DNA of 64,000 bases from an uncultured Candidatus Saccharibacteria bacterium (GCA_964577515.1 CAZNZN010000001.1:876-64875), one strand, 5' to 3'. Shown: positions 54,610-63,892, counted from the first letter of the stretch. Translations and numbers: made by a program. The notes: a model not told the origin generated them from the letters alone.

Positions 54610-55682
54610 ACAGGCCTCCTTCCAAGAAGTTTGAGGAAGCGTACATGAGAAGCAAGAGCATCACGCATCGTGTTATGCACGACCATTTGCACACCATGCT
54701 TTTGACATATTGGCTTGATAAGCCGATGAATCACGGGATAGTGTACATGAGAAAATCCCGGAAAAAGATGATGCTCAATTTGGAAATTGAGTCCTCCTAC
54801 CCACCAACTAAGCACACTGTTCTCCACAGCAAAGTCTGCAGTTGTCACAACTTGGTGACGGAACCATTCTGTCTTGTGCACCGTTGCTGCGCTAGGGTGT
54901 TGTGTTTCATCCACACTATGCGCAAGTTGAAACACTGTTGCAATCTTGAGTCCACAGGATAGCGACATAACACTATACCCTATCACCCACTGCCACACAC
55001 CAAGTGTATACATAGGCACAACAACAAAAAACAGTATGTGTACAACTTTGCTCATCCAGAAGAGCACGTGTTCTCCTGGCGAAAAAGCAATAGGGCTCTT
55101 GTACAGAATCCTTCGTGTAAAATACTTCTTGTAATCATTCCACCATACCCACTGTAGATACAGGAGACTGTAGAAAAATCGCCAGTACCACCATTTATGC
55201 TGGTGGCGATGTCTAGGTCGCCAGGGCTGTTCTTCATGTAAACGCAACCTCTCTGCTGTTTCAATGTCTTCATCAAACCCATCAATGTTGGTATGGGTGT
55301 GGTGAATAATGTTGTGTTTCGTTTTCCAGAGCGTGTCATTTGCCCCGAGAAAGTTCAAGGATAATCCCGCCACTGTATTGATCCATGCCTTTTTACTGTA
55401 GCTTCCGTGTAACGCATCGTGCATCACACAAAAACCTATTCCAGGGAGAATATATCTTCCCAAAAGAACTACCGCAAAAAGCTTTAACCACCATGGTGGA
55501 GCCATCCCTACAATAAAAAAGTACAGTGCGAAGAACAAGGAAAACAGGACAATCGTCTTTTGATACAAACGCCAATCCCCTTTTTCGCTTATCCCATGAG
55601 AATCGAAATACTCGTAAACAACATTTTTGACTTCTGTTGTGAAGTCGCCTGCATTTGTAAACTTTGGAACTAGTTGTTTCAT
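54606..55682 (-). CDS. membrane fatty-acid desaturase
   Basis: Three histidine boxes (HDALH, HNIIHH, QIEHHLFP). Multiple TM helices. Start trimmed to MKQLVPKF. Confidence 0.8.
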   Translation of the reverse strand: MKQLVPKFTNAGDFTTEVKNVVYEYFDSHGISEKGDWRLYQKTIVLFSLFFALYFFIVGMAPPWWLKLFAVVLLGRYILPGIGFCVMHDALHGSYSKKAWINTVAGLSLNFLGANDTLWKTKHNIIHHTHTNIDGFDEDIETAERLRLHEEQPWRPRHRHQHKWWYWRFFYSLLYLQWVWWNDYKKYFTRRILYKSPIAFSPGEHVLFWMSKVVHILFFVVVPMYTLGVWQWVIGYSVMSLSCGLKIATVFQLAHSVDETQHPSAATVHKTEWFRHQVVTTADFAVENSVLSWWVGGLNFQIEHHLFPGFSHVHYPVIHRLIKPICQKHGVQMVVHNTMRDALASHVRFLKLLGRRPV

Positions 55683-55793
55683 AGTTGAAGTTTTTTGTGA
55701 AAGAAAAAGATGTTTCCTTATAGTGTAGCAATAGTACAGAAGCTGTAAATTGACAAAAAAGTATCTTGCCGTAGTATCAAGAAAAAAGGAAAA

Positions 55794-56129
55794 ATGCAAA
55801 AAATAACAATTTTACTCTTCAGCTTCAACGCTGAAGAAATCGTTATGCAGCTCAAAGAGCTGCTCCCTGTAACCACTGTAGTGTCGTGTGCTCCAAAAGA
55901 AAACGCATACGACCCAGTGAGGAAAGAAAGGCCGAGATGGGTATTTATAGACGCTTGCCTCCCCGAAACGCTTATCGAAGAGGTTCACAACGCTTCTGAA
56001 GAGGCAAAGTGGGATTTCGATATTCAACTTGATCATATCCTGGTAGGGCACACTGATCTTCGACCACCCGGGGTGCATATCTTCCGAGGTCTAAAAGAGG
56101 CTGCAGAACTTATTAAGAAAAATTTTTAA
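55794..56129 (+). CDS. hypothetical protein
   Basis: 111-aa ORF with no known motif. Confidence 0.4.
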   Translation: MQKITILLFSFNAEEIVMQLKELLPVTTVVSCAPKENAYDPVRKERPRWVFIDACLPETLIEEVHNASEEAKWDFDIQLDHILVGHTDLRPPGVHIFRGLKEAAELIKKNF

Positions 56130-56134
56130 CCACG

Positions 56135-56159
56135 AGCGCCGGAAACGGTGCTTTTTTTT
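56135..56159 (+). terminator. intrinsic terminator
   Basis: AGCGCC-GGAAAC-GGTGCT-T7. Confidence 0.45.
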
Positions 56160-56189
56160 ATAACCGTTTGTTTACCTACTCTTACGTTG

Positions 56190-56260
56190 TGCGAGTACGG
56201 GGAATCGAACCCCGGTCTCAACCTTGGGAAGGTCGCATTCTACCACTAAACCATACTCGC
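56190..56260 (-). tRNA. tRNA-Gly (anticodon CCC), no encoded CCA
   Basis: Cloverleaf folded by hand: acceptor GCGAGTA/TACTCGC, anticodon stem CGACC/GGTTG, loop TTCCCAA, T-loop GGTTCGATTCC. Confidence 0.8.
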
Positions 56261-56344
56261 AAATGCCCTGTGGCACTATTTTACTCCCCTTTTATCAAAA
56301 ACAAAAATACTCTAGAAAATCTCTTCTAGAGTATTTTTGTTTTG

Positions 56345-56415
56345 TGCGGGATAGGGGAATCGGACTCCTGCTCTCAGTTTGGAAAACTGATGTTCTACCA
56401 TTAAACTAATCCCGC
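56345..56415 (-). tRNA. tRNA-Gly (anticodon TCC), no encoded CCA
   Basis: Acceptor GCGGGAT/ATCCCGC, anticodon stem TCAGT/ACTGA, loop TTTCCAA, T-loop AGTCCGATTCC. Confidence 0.8.
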
Positions 56416-56484
56416 GTATTGTTATCTTAACAAAAAGTCGTTCAAAATCAAAGACTTTTTAGGGGCGCTATTTTAAACCCTAAG

Positions 56485-56557
56485 TCGGGGTGCCGGGATT
56501 CGAACCCGGAGTCACCTGTTCCCAAAACAGGCATGTTAGCCGTTACACCACACCCCG
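56485..56557 (-). tRNA. tRNA-Pro (anticodon TGG), no encoded CCA
   Basis: Acceptor CGGGGTG/CACCCCG, D-loop with GG, anticodon stem CCTGT/ACAGG, loop TTTGGGA (G37), T-arm CCGGGTTCGAATCCCGG. Confidence 0.8.
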
Positions 56558-56639
56558 ACTTAGCTTTCAAAGACCCAGCACTATTCGTATAGGAAAGTAC
56601 GAAGCACACTATACTACAAATCCTCTCGATTTACCAGAG

Positions 56640-56996
56640 TTACTCAATGTCAAAAATCTCCACAATAGATCCCTGCCCTGAGAGAAGCACCACAATCCCC
56701 TGTATACGGTAATGAGAAATCTTTTTTGTTGCTACATAATACTGCGCAGATACATACACCTTCTGCATTTTTTGTTTTGTCAGGTTTTCTGCTGGGTTTA
56801 TCAAACCTCCCTGTTTCCCTGTCTTTACCTCAAAAAAATACCAAGTAATCCCTTTTTTCGCGACAACGTCAATCTCTCCATATCGATTGGCGACATTTCG
56901 CTCAATAACAACGAAGCCATTCTTTTTGAGGAAATCGCAGGCAGCACTCTCTCCTAGCTCCCCAATTTTTTGTGTTTTAGAAGTAAAATGTTTCAC
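56640..56996 (-). CDS. yraN: YraN-family (UPF0102) endonuclease-like protein
   Basis: GELGESAACDFLKKNGFVVIERNVANRYGEIDVVAKK...FFEVKTGK matches the YraN pattern. Confidence 0.7.
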   Translation of the reverse strand: MKHFTSKTQKIGELGESAACDFLKKNGFVVIERNVANRYGEIDVVAKKGITWYFFEVKTGKQGGLINPAENLTKQKMQKVYVSAQYYVATKKISHYRIQGIVVLLSGQGSIVEIFDIE

Positions 56997-57267
56997 GTGA
57001 AACGTCTCCCCTCTCTTGTTTCATATGAAACAAATTAGGGCTTATGTACAAAGGTTTTTTAGCAACAAATCATAAGGACACTTCTAGTATACGCCATAAA
57101 AAGGCGTCTGTTATCCTATCTACACACACACTTATCCACAGTTTTGTCAAAAAAACTGAAAAATAAGGTGAAAAACAACATATACGACGCCTTTTGTCTA
57201 AAAGACGTCTCATAGCATGGTGCGTACCTATATAAAAAGCCCCTTATCAGGGACTTTTTATATTTTG

Positions 57268-57338
57268 TGCGGCTACAGAGAATCGAACTCTGGTCTCGTC
57301 CTTGGCAAGGACGCATTCTACCACTAAACCATAACCGC
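57268..57338 (-). tRNA. tRNA-Gly (anticodon GCC), no encoded CCA
   Basis: Acceptor GCGGTTA/TAGCCGC, anticodon stem CGTCC/GGACG, loop TTGCCAA, T-loop AGTTCGATTCT. Confidence 0.8.
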
Positions 57339-57998
57339 TTATTCAAAGTTTTCATCCTGCGCTAAAGAAATCCATTTCATGATCTTTTTCTTTAAAACAG
57401 TACTTGAGATTATACTCATACCAGTACCATATTGCAATCTCCCAACCTCCTCCTTCCCCTTAATGATCTGAGTTTTATAAAACTGTTCTCTGGAAATACC
57501 TAAAAGGTTCGCCCACACTTCCTTGCACAAGGATTCGTTCAAAGCAGAAGAGATACTTAGACATACCCGCAACTTCTCCCTTGAAATACCTAGATATTTC
57601 AAGGAAAAAGCTAAAAAAATCTTATGGAGAGAAAAGTCGGTATTTGTAATCCTTACAAAATGTCTTGACTGCCTATCTCCTTCTCCTGCATAAATCATAA
57701 GCCCTGCCCAAAATAAGGGGTCTTTTCGATATAGTTGGTACTCTTTCTCCGCTTCTTTTTCAACAAGAGCATACTGGTACTGCAACTTAAGTTTCCGTAC
57801 CATGTTCATCCGCTCCATCCGTTCTTTTGAACCGCCTATATTTTTTTTGGAATGTTCTGAAGAAAGCTGTTTTGACCATTCTTCCCCCTTAAACCAGGTA
57901 GAAAGTGTTGCACGTGAAACTCCCGTATCGCGGTGTATTTCTCGGTAGGTTCTTCCCTCTCTACGCAATTGGAATATTCTTTGCTTATCAGGTCTCAT
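57339..57998 (-). CDS. HTH-domain protein with a LAGLIDADG-like motif (possible homing-endonuclease relic)
   Basis: N-terminal HTH (TYREIHRDTGVSRATLSTWFK) and FWAGLMIYAGEGD (LAGLIDGDG-like). The stop codon abuts the 5' end of tRNA-Gly(GCC). Confidence 0.35.
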   Translation of the reverse strand: MRPDKQRIFQLRREGRTYREIHRDTGVSRATLSTWFKGEEWSKQLSSEHSKKNIGGSKERMERMNMVRKLKLQYQYALVEKEAEKEYQLYRKDPLFWAGLMIYAGEGDRQSRHFVRITNTDFSLHKIFLAFSLKYLGISREKLRVCLSISSALNESLCKEVWANLLGISREQFYKTQIIKGKEEVGRLQYGTGMSIISSTVLKKKIMKWISLAQDENFE

Positions 57999-58064
57999 TA
58001 TTTATAAGTATAATACGACGGTTTTATTTTACAAATCTAACGTCTTGTACTATTATTAAGACAC

Positions 58065-58136
58065 GCACCTATGGTGAAATGGATATCACAGCGGTCTTCG
58101 GAACCGTTATTCTGGGTTCGAGTCCTGGTAGGTGCA
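58065..58136 (+). tRNA. tRNA-Arg (anticodon TCG), no encoded CCA
   Basis: Acceptor GCACCTA/TAGGTGC, D-stem GTGA/TCAC, anticodon stem GCGGT/ACCGT, loop CTTCGGA, T-loop GGTTCGAGTCC. Confidence 0.75.
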
Positions 58137-58149
58137 CAAAGTAATCTCT

Positions 58150-59661
58150 ATGAAAAAAATAAATAAAGAACAAATCCCTCTATTTGTTTCACATGTAACA
58201 AAGCGCCTGCAAGATGCTGGGTTTGAAGCCTACCTAGTCGGTGGATGTGTCCGAGACCTTCTTATGGGGAACAAGCCCAAAGATTGGGACCTTACAACTA
58301 ACGCTCGCCCGGAAGAGGTCCAAGCTGTATTCTCAGAACTCAAGACCGTGTACGAAAACACCTTTGGAACGGTTACCATTTTAAACATGCCCCCAGAGGA
58401 AACTATAGGTGTTACACGTGTAACACCTGACCAAGACAATACCGTCCAGGCAACAACATATCGTTCTGAAGGAGGGTATAGTGACAACCGTCGTCCTGAC
58501 ACTGTTTCCTATGAAACAGTGCTCGAAAAAGATCTTGAACGCCGAGATTTCACCATAAACGCCATAGCCTATGACCCCATAAAAGACATTGTAAAAGACA
58601 TATTTGAAGGTATAAAAGACATAAAAGACAAAGTTGTTTCTTGTGTCCTTGAGCCAAGTACTCGCTTCCGAGAGGATGCTCTCCGTATGGTTCGTGCAGT
58701 AAGGTTTTCCACAACACTAGGATTTTCTATTGCACCAGGTACACTAAGTGCGATAGAGAAGGAGCACCGTCTTGCACAGCACCTTTCTCAGGAAAGAATC
58801 CGCGATGAGCTTCTCAAAATAATCTCTTCAAAAGAACCAGCCTACGGGGTAGACCTTTTGCAAAAAACAGGACTTCTTTCCCATATACTCCCAGAGCTTG
58901 AGGAAGGGCTTGGATGTGAACAAAAAGGGGCCCATATTTATGATGTCTACCAACACTGTCTCCACGCACTCCAGCATGCAGCGGACAAAAACTTTTCATT
59001 AGAGGTACGTCTTGCTGCACTTTTCCATGATATTGGGAAGCCAAGAACGCGCCGATATGACAGCAAGAAAGACAAATACACCTTTTTTGGACATGAAGTA
59101 GTAGGGGCAAAAATGGCAAAGATAGCACTCGAACGATTAAAAGTCTCACGTGAAACAGTCTCACGTGTAACATCCCTGGTGCGAAACCATATGTTTTTCT
59201 CAGATACCGAGCAGATCACGCTCTCTGCGGTTCGACGTATTATTGCAAAAGTAGGACCTGAACATATATGGGAACTCATGCAGGTCCGAGAATGTGACCG
59301 TGTAGGTATGAAAAAGGCTGAAGCGCCATACCGACTCCGCAAGTATCACGCTATGATTGAGGAAGCACTTCGAGACCCGATATCTGTGGGGCAGCTTGCT
59401 ATAGACGGAAACTACCTCATGAAGGAGTTAGATATGAAACCAGGACCTCGTATGGGGTGGCTTCTCCATGCGCTCCTTGAAGAGGTACTCGAAAACCCAA
59501 GCATAAATACTGTTGAACAACTCACAGAACGAGTAAAAGACCTCGAGGAACTCGAAGACAAAGACTTAAAAACACTAGGGGAGAAGGGGAAGGAGAAGAA
59601 AGAGGAAGTAAATGAAGGAGAAGTACAGCAATTGCACGCGAAACATAACGTAAAAAAATAA
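58150..59661 (+). CDS. cca: CCA-adding tRNA nucleotidyltransferase with an HD domain
   Basis: Pol-beta head GGCVRDLLMG...DWDL. HD motif LFHDIGK. Lys/Glu-rich C-terminal tail. Confidence 0.85.
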   Translation: MKKINKEQIPLFVSHVTKRLQDAGFEAYLVGGCVRDLLMGNKPKDWDLTTNARPEEVQAVFSELKTVYENTFGTVTILNMPPEETIGVTRVTPDQDNTVQATTYRSEGGYSDNRRPDTVSYETVLEKDLERRDFTINAIAYDPIKDIVKDIFEGIKDIKDKVVSCVLEPSTRFREDALRMVRAVRFSTTLGFSIAPGTLSAIEKEHRLAQHLSQERIRDELLKIISSKEPAYGVDLLQKTGLLSHILPELEEGLGCEQKGAHIYDVYQHCLHALQHAADKNFSLEVRLAALFHDIGKPRTRRYDSKKDKYTFFGHEVVGAKMAKIALERLKVSRETVSRVTSLVRNHMFFSDTEQITLSAVRRIIAKVGPEHIWELMQVRECDRVGMKKAEAPYRLRKYHAMIEEALRDPISVGQLAIDGNYLMKELDMKPGPRMGWLLHALLEEVLENPSINTVEQLTERVKDLEELEDKDLKTLGEKGKEKKEEVNEGEVQQLHAKHNVKK

Positions 59662-59676
59662 CCCCTTTCCAGGAGG

Positions 59677-60165
59677 TTAGTTTTTTTGTAATGCATGCGG
59701 AGAAACCACCAAAGGAGAAAAAGCTGTGGTATCCAAGACATCAGAGCAACAATAATCAGTCTCCTCCTTAGTAAAAAGCGCTTCATTTGCTTTTTTACTA
59801 TAGGAAAGTTGATCCAGTACCCTGCAATACAGTGCTTCATTTTTTGAAAGCACCCTGCTAAGCAACCTGCGGTCTTTTCGTGAAAGAAGGTACTCTTCTT
59901 TCATAAGAGCTGCTAGGGAATTACCTTTGGAGACGATCCATTCAAGCTGTAATGTTGCGTGTTCTAACATTGAAACGGTGTCAAACACATGATAGCGCAG
60001 TACCCAAAGGTTGATCGCTGTAGTTTGCCGATAGATAAGACAGATTGCTTCAAACAATCTAAGAAACATGGTGATATTTTTGGGACACTCTCTATAAGAG
60101 ATCTCTTGCCAAAAATCAGCCAGTCCACTCGTGATTTGATCATGGTTTTTAAAGGTTCTCTTCAT
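59677..60165 (-). CDS. hypothetical protein
   Basis: ORF trimmed to MKRTFKNHDQ. No known motif. Confidence 0.35.
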   Translation of the reverse strand: MKRTFKNHDQITSGLADFWQEISYRECPKNITMFLRLFEAICLIYRQTTAINLWVLRYHVFDTVSMLEHATLQLEWIVSKGNSLAALMKEEYLLSRKDRRLLSRVLSKNEALYCRVLDQLSYSKKANEALFTKEETDYCCSDVLDTTAFSPLVVSPHALQKN

Positions 60166-60182
60166 AAAAAGCTTTTCTTGAG

Positions 60183-60214
60183 TATAACAAAACCCCCTTC
60201 TTAGAGAAGGGGGG
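60183..60214 (-). terminator. intrinsic terminator after the small membrane protein gene
   Basis: CCCCCTTC-TTAGA-GAAGGGGG. T-run on the minus strand (TTTTGTTATA). Confidence 0.5.
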
Positions 60215-60235
60215 AGAAATGGGAGAGGTCGTTGA

Positions 60236-60463
60236 CTAACACATACCAGAAGTGAGCATTCGTTCCTTTTGCGCTCTTTTAGCGCTTCTGTATTGGAAAA
60301 ATCCCCAAACAAGCGTCACAAGAGCCGCCAGAGCAGAAAGCCCTGCAATGACAACGGCAAACAATGTTACCGGCTGAACCTTAAAGAGAAAGACAATGCT
60401 TACACCAATGATACCCGCACCAGCGAAGCATCCGGCAAGAACAAGTGGTAGTTTCATAAACAA
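60236..60463 (-). CDS. small two-TM membrane protein
   Basis: 75 aa, two hydrophobic helices, basic C-terminal tail. Confidence 0.4.
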   Translation of the reverse strand: MFMKLPLVLAGCFAGAGIIGVSIVFLFKVQPVTLFAVVIAGLSALAALVTLVWGFFQYRSAKRAQKERMLTSGMC

Positions 60464-60515
60464 CAGGTTTATATGTTTTGCATCATACTACCACAAAACA
60501 GCTTGTCGTACAGAG

Positions 60516-61310
60516 CTAATCACTGAGTTCAAGCACGACAGGGCAGTGATCACTCCCAAAAACGTCTGGCAAAATACTTGCATGTACAACTCGATCTCGA
60601 AGAGTAGCGCTTGCAACTATATAGTCGATACGCCACCCAACATTGCGTTCGCGTGCTTTTGCAAAGTGGCTCCACCATGTATATCCACCGTTTCCGTTAT
60701 GGAATAGCCGGTAGGTGTCGACAAAACCTGCAGCAACAATGCGGTCGAATCCTTCACGTTCTTCATCAGTAACCCCCTTGTTGCCAACATTATCCTTTGG
60801 ACGAGCGAGGTCATCTGGAGTATGTGCGACGTTGAGATCCCCACAGAATACCACCGGCTTTTTCTCCTCGAGCTGTTTCATATAAGCGAGAAATGCTGGA
60901 TCCCACCCCTTGTGCCGAAGAGGAAGGCGAGAAAGGTCGTCTTTTGCATTTGGCGTATAGACGGTCACGACAAACATATCTGCAAACTCTGCAGCAATAA
61001 CGCGCCCTTCAGTGTTGAGGTCTCCATATTCATCAACGAGGGAGTATTTTTTTGCGATAGCTTCCGGTATATCGTTTGTCACAGAGAGCGGTTTTTGTTT
61101 TGAAAAAAGAGCAGTACCACTATACCCCTTACGCGATGCACTGTTCCAATACTCGTAATACTGCGAAAGATCAACTTCGTTTTGGTGCTGCTCTGCTTTT
61201 GTTTCTTGAAGACACAAGACATCTGGATCGTGCGTTTTGATAAATGGAAGGAGAAGTCCCTTTTTATGTACCGCTCTGATACCGTTGACGTTCCAAGAGA
61301 TGATTTTCAT
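60516..61310 (-). CDS. xth: exodeoxyribonuclease III / AP endonuclease
   Basis: MKIISWNVNG, LCLQETK, and C-terminal SDHCPV motifs. Confidence 0.9.
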   Translation of the reverse strand: MKIISWNVNGIRAVHKKGLLLPFIKTHDPDVLCLQETKAEQHQNEVDLSQYYEYWNSASRKGYSGTALFSKQKPLSVTNDIPEAIAKKYSLVDEYGDLNTEGRVIAAEFADMFVVTVYTPNAKDDLSRLPLRHKGWDPAFLAYMKQLEEKKPVVFCGDLNVAHTPDDLARPKDNVGNKGVTDEEREGFDRIVAAGFVDTYRLFHNGNGGYTWWSHFAKARERNVGWRIDYIVASATLRDRVVHASILPDVFGSDHCPVVLELSD

Positions 61311-61349
61311 ACTTCTCATCATAACAAAAAAATCGACCAAAAGGTCGAT

Positions 61350-61700
61350 TCACAAAAAAGATGCAAGCACGTACTTTTTTTCTTCGGCAGAAAGTGCCTG
61401 ACTCATGCACTGGTACTTCACCCCTCCAATATAAGCTTCTTTGACCTCTGATGAGTGAACATCTGCAAAAGAAAGCGACGGTTTCTCCTTCGTATCCTTC
61501 CCATACGTCGTATGAAGTATCTGACGAATAGCCCACACAAACTCTTCGAGTCCTGTAGCTTGGAGTGGTATTACTGAGCGTTTGGGAGCGAAAAGGACTG
61601 CTTCTGCAACAATGCACGATATATGTGTATACTGCGTTTCAACTCTCCGAATTTCTTTTATATAGAGCATGGTTAGACATTTTTGTTTGTTATAGCACAA
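61350..61700 (-). CDS. hypothetical protein
   Basis: 116-aa ORF with no known motif. Confidence 0.3.
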   Translation of the reverse strand: MCYNKQKCLTMLYIKEIRRVETQYTHISCIVAEAVLFAPKRSVIPLQATGLEEFVWAIRQILHTTYGKDTKEKPSLSFADVHSSEVKEAYIGGVKYQCMSQALSAEEKKYVLASFL

Positions 61701-61771
61701 AAACTACTTACCCAAAAACACACAAGCCCCGGTCTTTCGACACGGGGCTTTTCATACTTCACAAAATCAAA

Positions 61772-62485
61772 TTACTTTGCCTCACCAGCAGACGAATTTT
61801 CTGCGGGCTTAACATCAGCCGGCTTCTCCTCTTTTTTTACAGGAGGAATAACCTTGAAACCGCCATTGTCAAACACCTGTAAAGTACATCCGGTATCTGC
61901 TGCTTGCTTAAACATTTCTTTCATGTCCAACGCGGGAGTAACAGCGGTACGATGAGCAGGAGCCGGAGGCGATGGGGGTATGTGATTTTGTATTGTTATC
62001 GGAGTTTGATTTTGCCTTGTAAGCATATAGATTACAAAAGCAATCAGTCCGAAAAACAACAGAAGCCACAGAGGCCACAACCATCCGAGGTCATCATACC
62101 AGTAATAATGGTGATGGCGACATTCCGGAGCCGGCATCCTCTTGTAGGAAATGTGTCGATTGAAACTACCACTTACCTCCTTGAGGTTTGAAACCGCAGG
62201 AGGGAAAAAGCGTTCGGGCACATTGGGGATACCGGGGAACATTGTTCCTGAACCAGCGTAATCCTCAACGACGATTGAGTCGTTGAAGCTCTGGGTGATG
62301 ATCCCTTTAGCCCTTTTTTCTTCCACCACATACCTCCACGGACGCGGAGCGGGAGGAGACATTTTAACCGGCTTGGGCTGGATGCAAGGACAGGTGTCTT
62401 TTTTCACAGGTGCAAAAGACGGCTGCGCAGTGGCGCAAAAAGTCAGGATGGTGCTGGTCAGTACCAGCATGAAGAAATTCTTCAT
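61772..62485 (-). CDS. hypothetical membrane protein (signal peptide plus one internal TM)
   Basis: MKNFFMLVLTSTILTFCATAQ signal. TM WLWPLWLLLFFGLIAFVIYML. Pro-rich segments. Confidence 0.45.
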   Translation of the reverse strand: MKNFFMLVLTSTILTFCATAQPSFAPVKKDTCPCIQPKPVKMSPPAPRPWRYVVEEKRAKGIITQSFNDSIVVEDYAGSGTMFPGIPNVPERFFPPAVSNLKEVSGSFNRHISYKRMPAPECRHHHYYWYDDLGWLWPLWLLLFFGLIAFVIYMLTRQNQTPITIQNHIPPSPPAPAHRTAVTPALDMKEMFKQAADTGCTLQVFDNGGFKVIPPVKKEEKPADVKPAENSSAGEAK

Positions 62486-62593
62486 TTTAATTGATTTTGA
62501 GAGTTAAAGATCAGTCCACTTGTATTTAGGCGGGACCAGTTATGCCTTTATGTATTTAAATAAATTGTAGCACCTTTTAGCTTTTTTGTCAAG

Positions 62594-63499
62594 CTATCGC
62601 TTTGAATGGAACTTTTTGTGAACTTCGCGAAGTTGTTTGTCAGTGATATGGGTATATACCTGGGTTGTCGCAATATTTGCGTGTCCAAGCATCATCTGCA
62701 CACTACGGATATCTGCACCATTCGAAAGAAGGTCTGTTGCAAACGAGTGCCTCAGCACGTGTGGGGTCACCTTCTTTGAAATACCTGCCTTTATCGCATA
62801 GTGTTTGACGGTGCGCTCTATAGAGCGGGGAGTGAGTCGGCCCGCGGTGTCGTTGTTTGAACTGTTGACGAACAATGGCTCTGCCATATCTTTACGTGCT
62901 TTGAGGTATGTAGCGATTGCTGCTTTCGCATCATCAGAAAGAAACACCACTCGTACTTTTTCACCTTTCCCACGAATAGAGAACTCATCTTTTGAAAGAT
63001 CGAGATCGCGGTTTAGTGAACAAAGCTCTGAAAGACGAAGTCCAGTAGAGAAAAAGAGTTCAAGCAATGCTTTGTCACGCATCCCTCGTAGGGTAGCGGT
63101 ATCAGGCGCCTTCAGTAAACGAGAGAGCTCATCGACAGAGATCAGATCAAGATGTCGAGCACCGGTCTTTGCAAGCTCGATCACATCAGGCGCAACAGCG
63201 ACAATGTTTCGTTTGCGACAATATTTCAAAAAAGACCGGAGCGCTATCATGTAGTAGTTCTGTGTATTCTTCTTCATTGTTGCCGCAGCTTGCCCACGCA
63301 CCTTGACCCCTGGCGCTCGATTGAGCTTGAGACGGAACTCTCTCAAAAGATCTTCAGTGATGTCTGCTACCTTTTGTACCTGCATATCGAGCGCAAAACG
63401 ACTAAGATACCGATCATAGTTCTCGACCGTTTTGAGGCTGCGCCCTTTTTCTATTTCTATATATTCGAGAAACTGTCGTTTCGCAGCAGAAAAATCCAT
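62594..63499 (-). CDS. xerC: tyrosine recombinase XerC/XerD family
   Basis: C-terminal catalytic HVLRHSFAT...LGHANIATTQVYTH (R-H-R-Y tetrad context). 301 aa. Confidence 0.85.
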   Translation of the reverse strand: MDFSAAKRQFLEYIEIEKGRSLKTVENYDRYLSRFALDMQVQKVADITEDLLREFRLKLNRAPGVKVRGQAAATMKKNTQNYYMIALRSFLKYCRKRNIVAVAPDVIELAKTGARHLDLISVDELSRLLKAPDTATLRGMRDKALLELFFSTGLRLSELCSLNRDLDLSKDEFSIRGKGEKVRVVFLSDDAKAAIATYLKARKDMAEPLFVNSSNNDTAGRLTPRSIERTVKHYAIKAGISKKVTPHVLRHSFATDLLSNGADIRSVQMMLGHANIATTQVYTHITDKQLREVHKKFHSKR

Positions 63500-63590
63500 A
63501 CCTTGTATATATAGTATAGCCGAAAGACCCGCTATTGTGCGACATAAACATGAGACTTGCTTTTTTTATTGAATATGTTAGAATAGCATC

Positions 63591-63851
63591 ATGCTAACGT
63601 CGAAGAAAAAACAATCAATCATCAAAAAGCACCAGGTACACGACAAGGATACTGGTTCTAAAAAGGTGCAGGTTGCAGTGTTGACTGAGACTATCGATAA
63701 GCTTGCTGACCATTTGAAAAAGCACAAGAAGGACAACCACTCTCGTCGCGGACTCATCAAGATGGTTGCACACCGTCGTAGTCACCTCAAGGTACTTGAG
63801 AAATCAAATCCAAAGCAATACGCTGAAGCACTCAAGATTGTAAAATCATAA
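63591..63851 (+). CDS. rpsO: 30S ribosomal protein S15
   Basis: S15 family (GSKKVQVAVLTETIDKLADHLKKHKKDNHSRRGL). Confidence 0.9.
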   Translation: MLTSKKKQSIIKKHQVHDKDTGSKKVQVAVLTETIDKLADHLKKHKKDNHSRRGLIKMVAHRRSHLKVLEKSNPKQYAEALKIVKS

Positions 63852-63854
63852 AAC

Positions 63855-63892
63855 AAAAAATCATCCTTCGACATGTTCAGGATGATTTTTTG
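63855..63892 (+). terminator. intrinsic terminator after rpsO
   Basis: AATCATCC-(13 nt)-GGATGATT-T6. Confidence 0.55.

Noticed and set aside
57116-57355. 79-aa minus ORF overlapping tRNA-Gly(GCC) and its upstream region
   Set aside because: It overlaps a confidently folded tRNA and an AT-rich spacer. The composition is biased, so it is a spurious ORF.
62594-63499. Tyrosine recombinase as a sign of an integrated mobile element
   Set aside because: There are no flanking direct repeats, no tRNA-adjacent att site, and no phage or IS genes nearby. Its sequence and its position next to rpsO fit a chromosomal XerC/XerD dimer-resolution recombinase.
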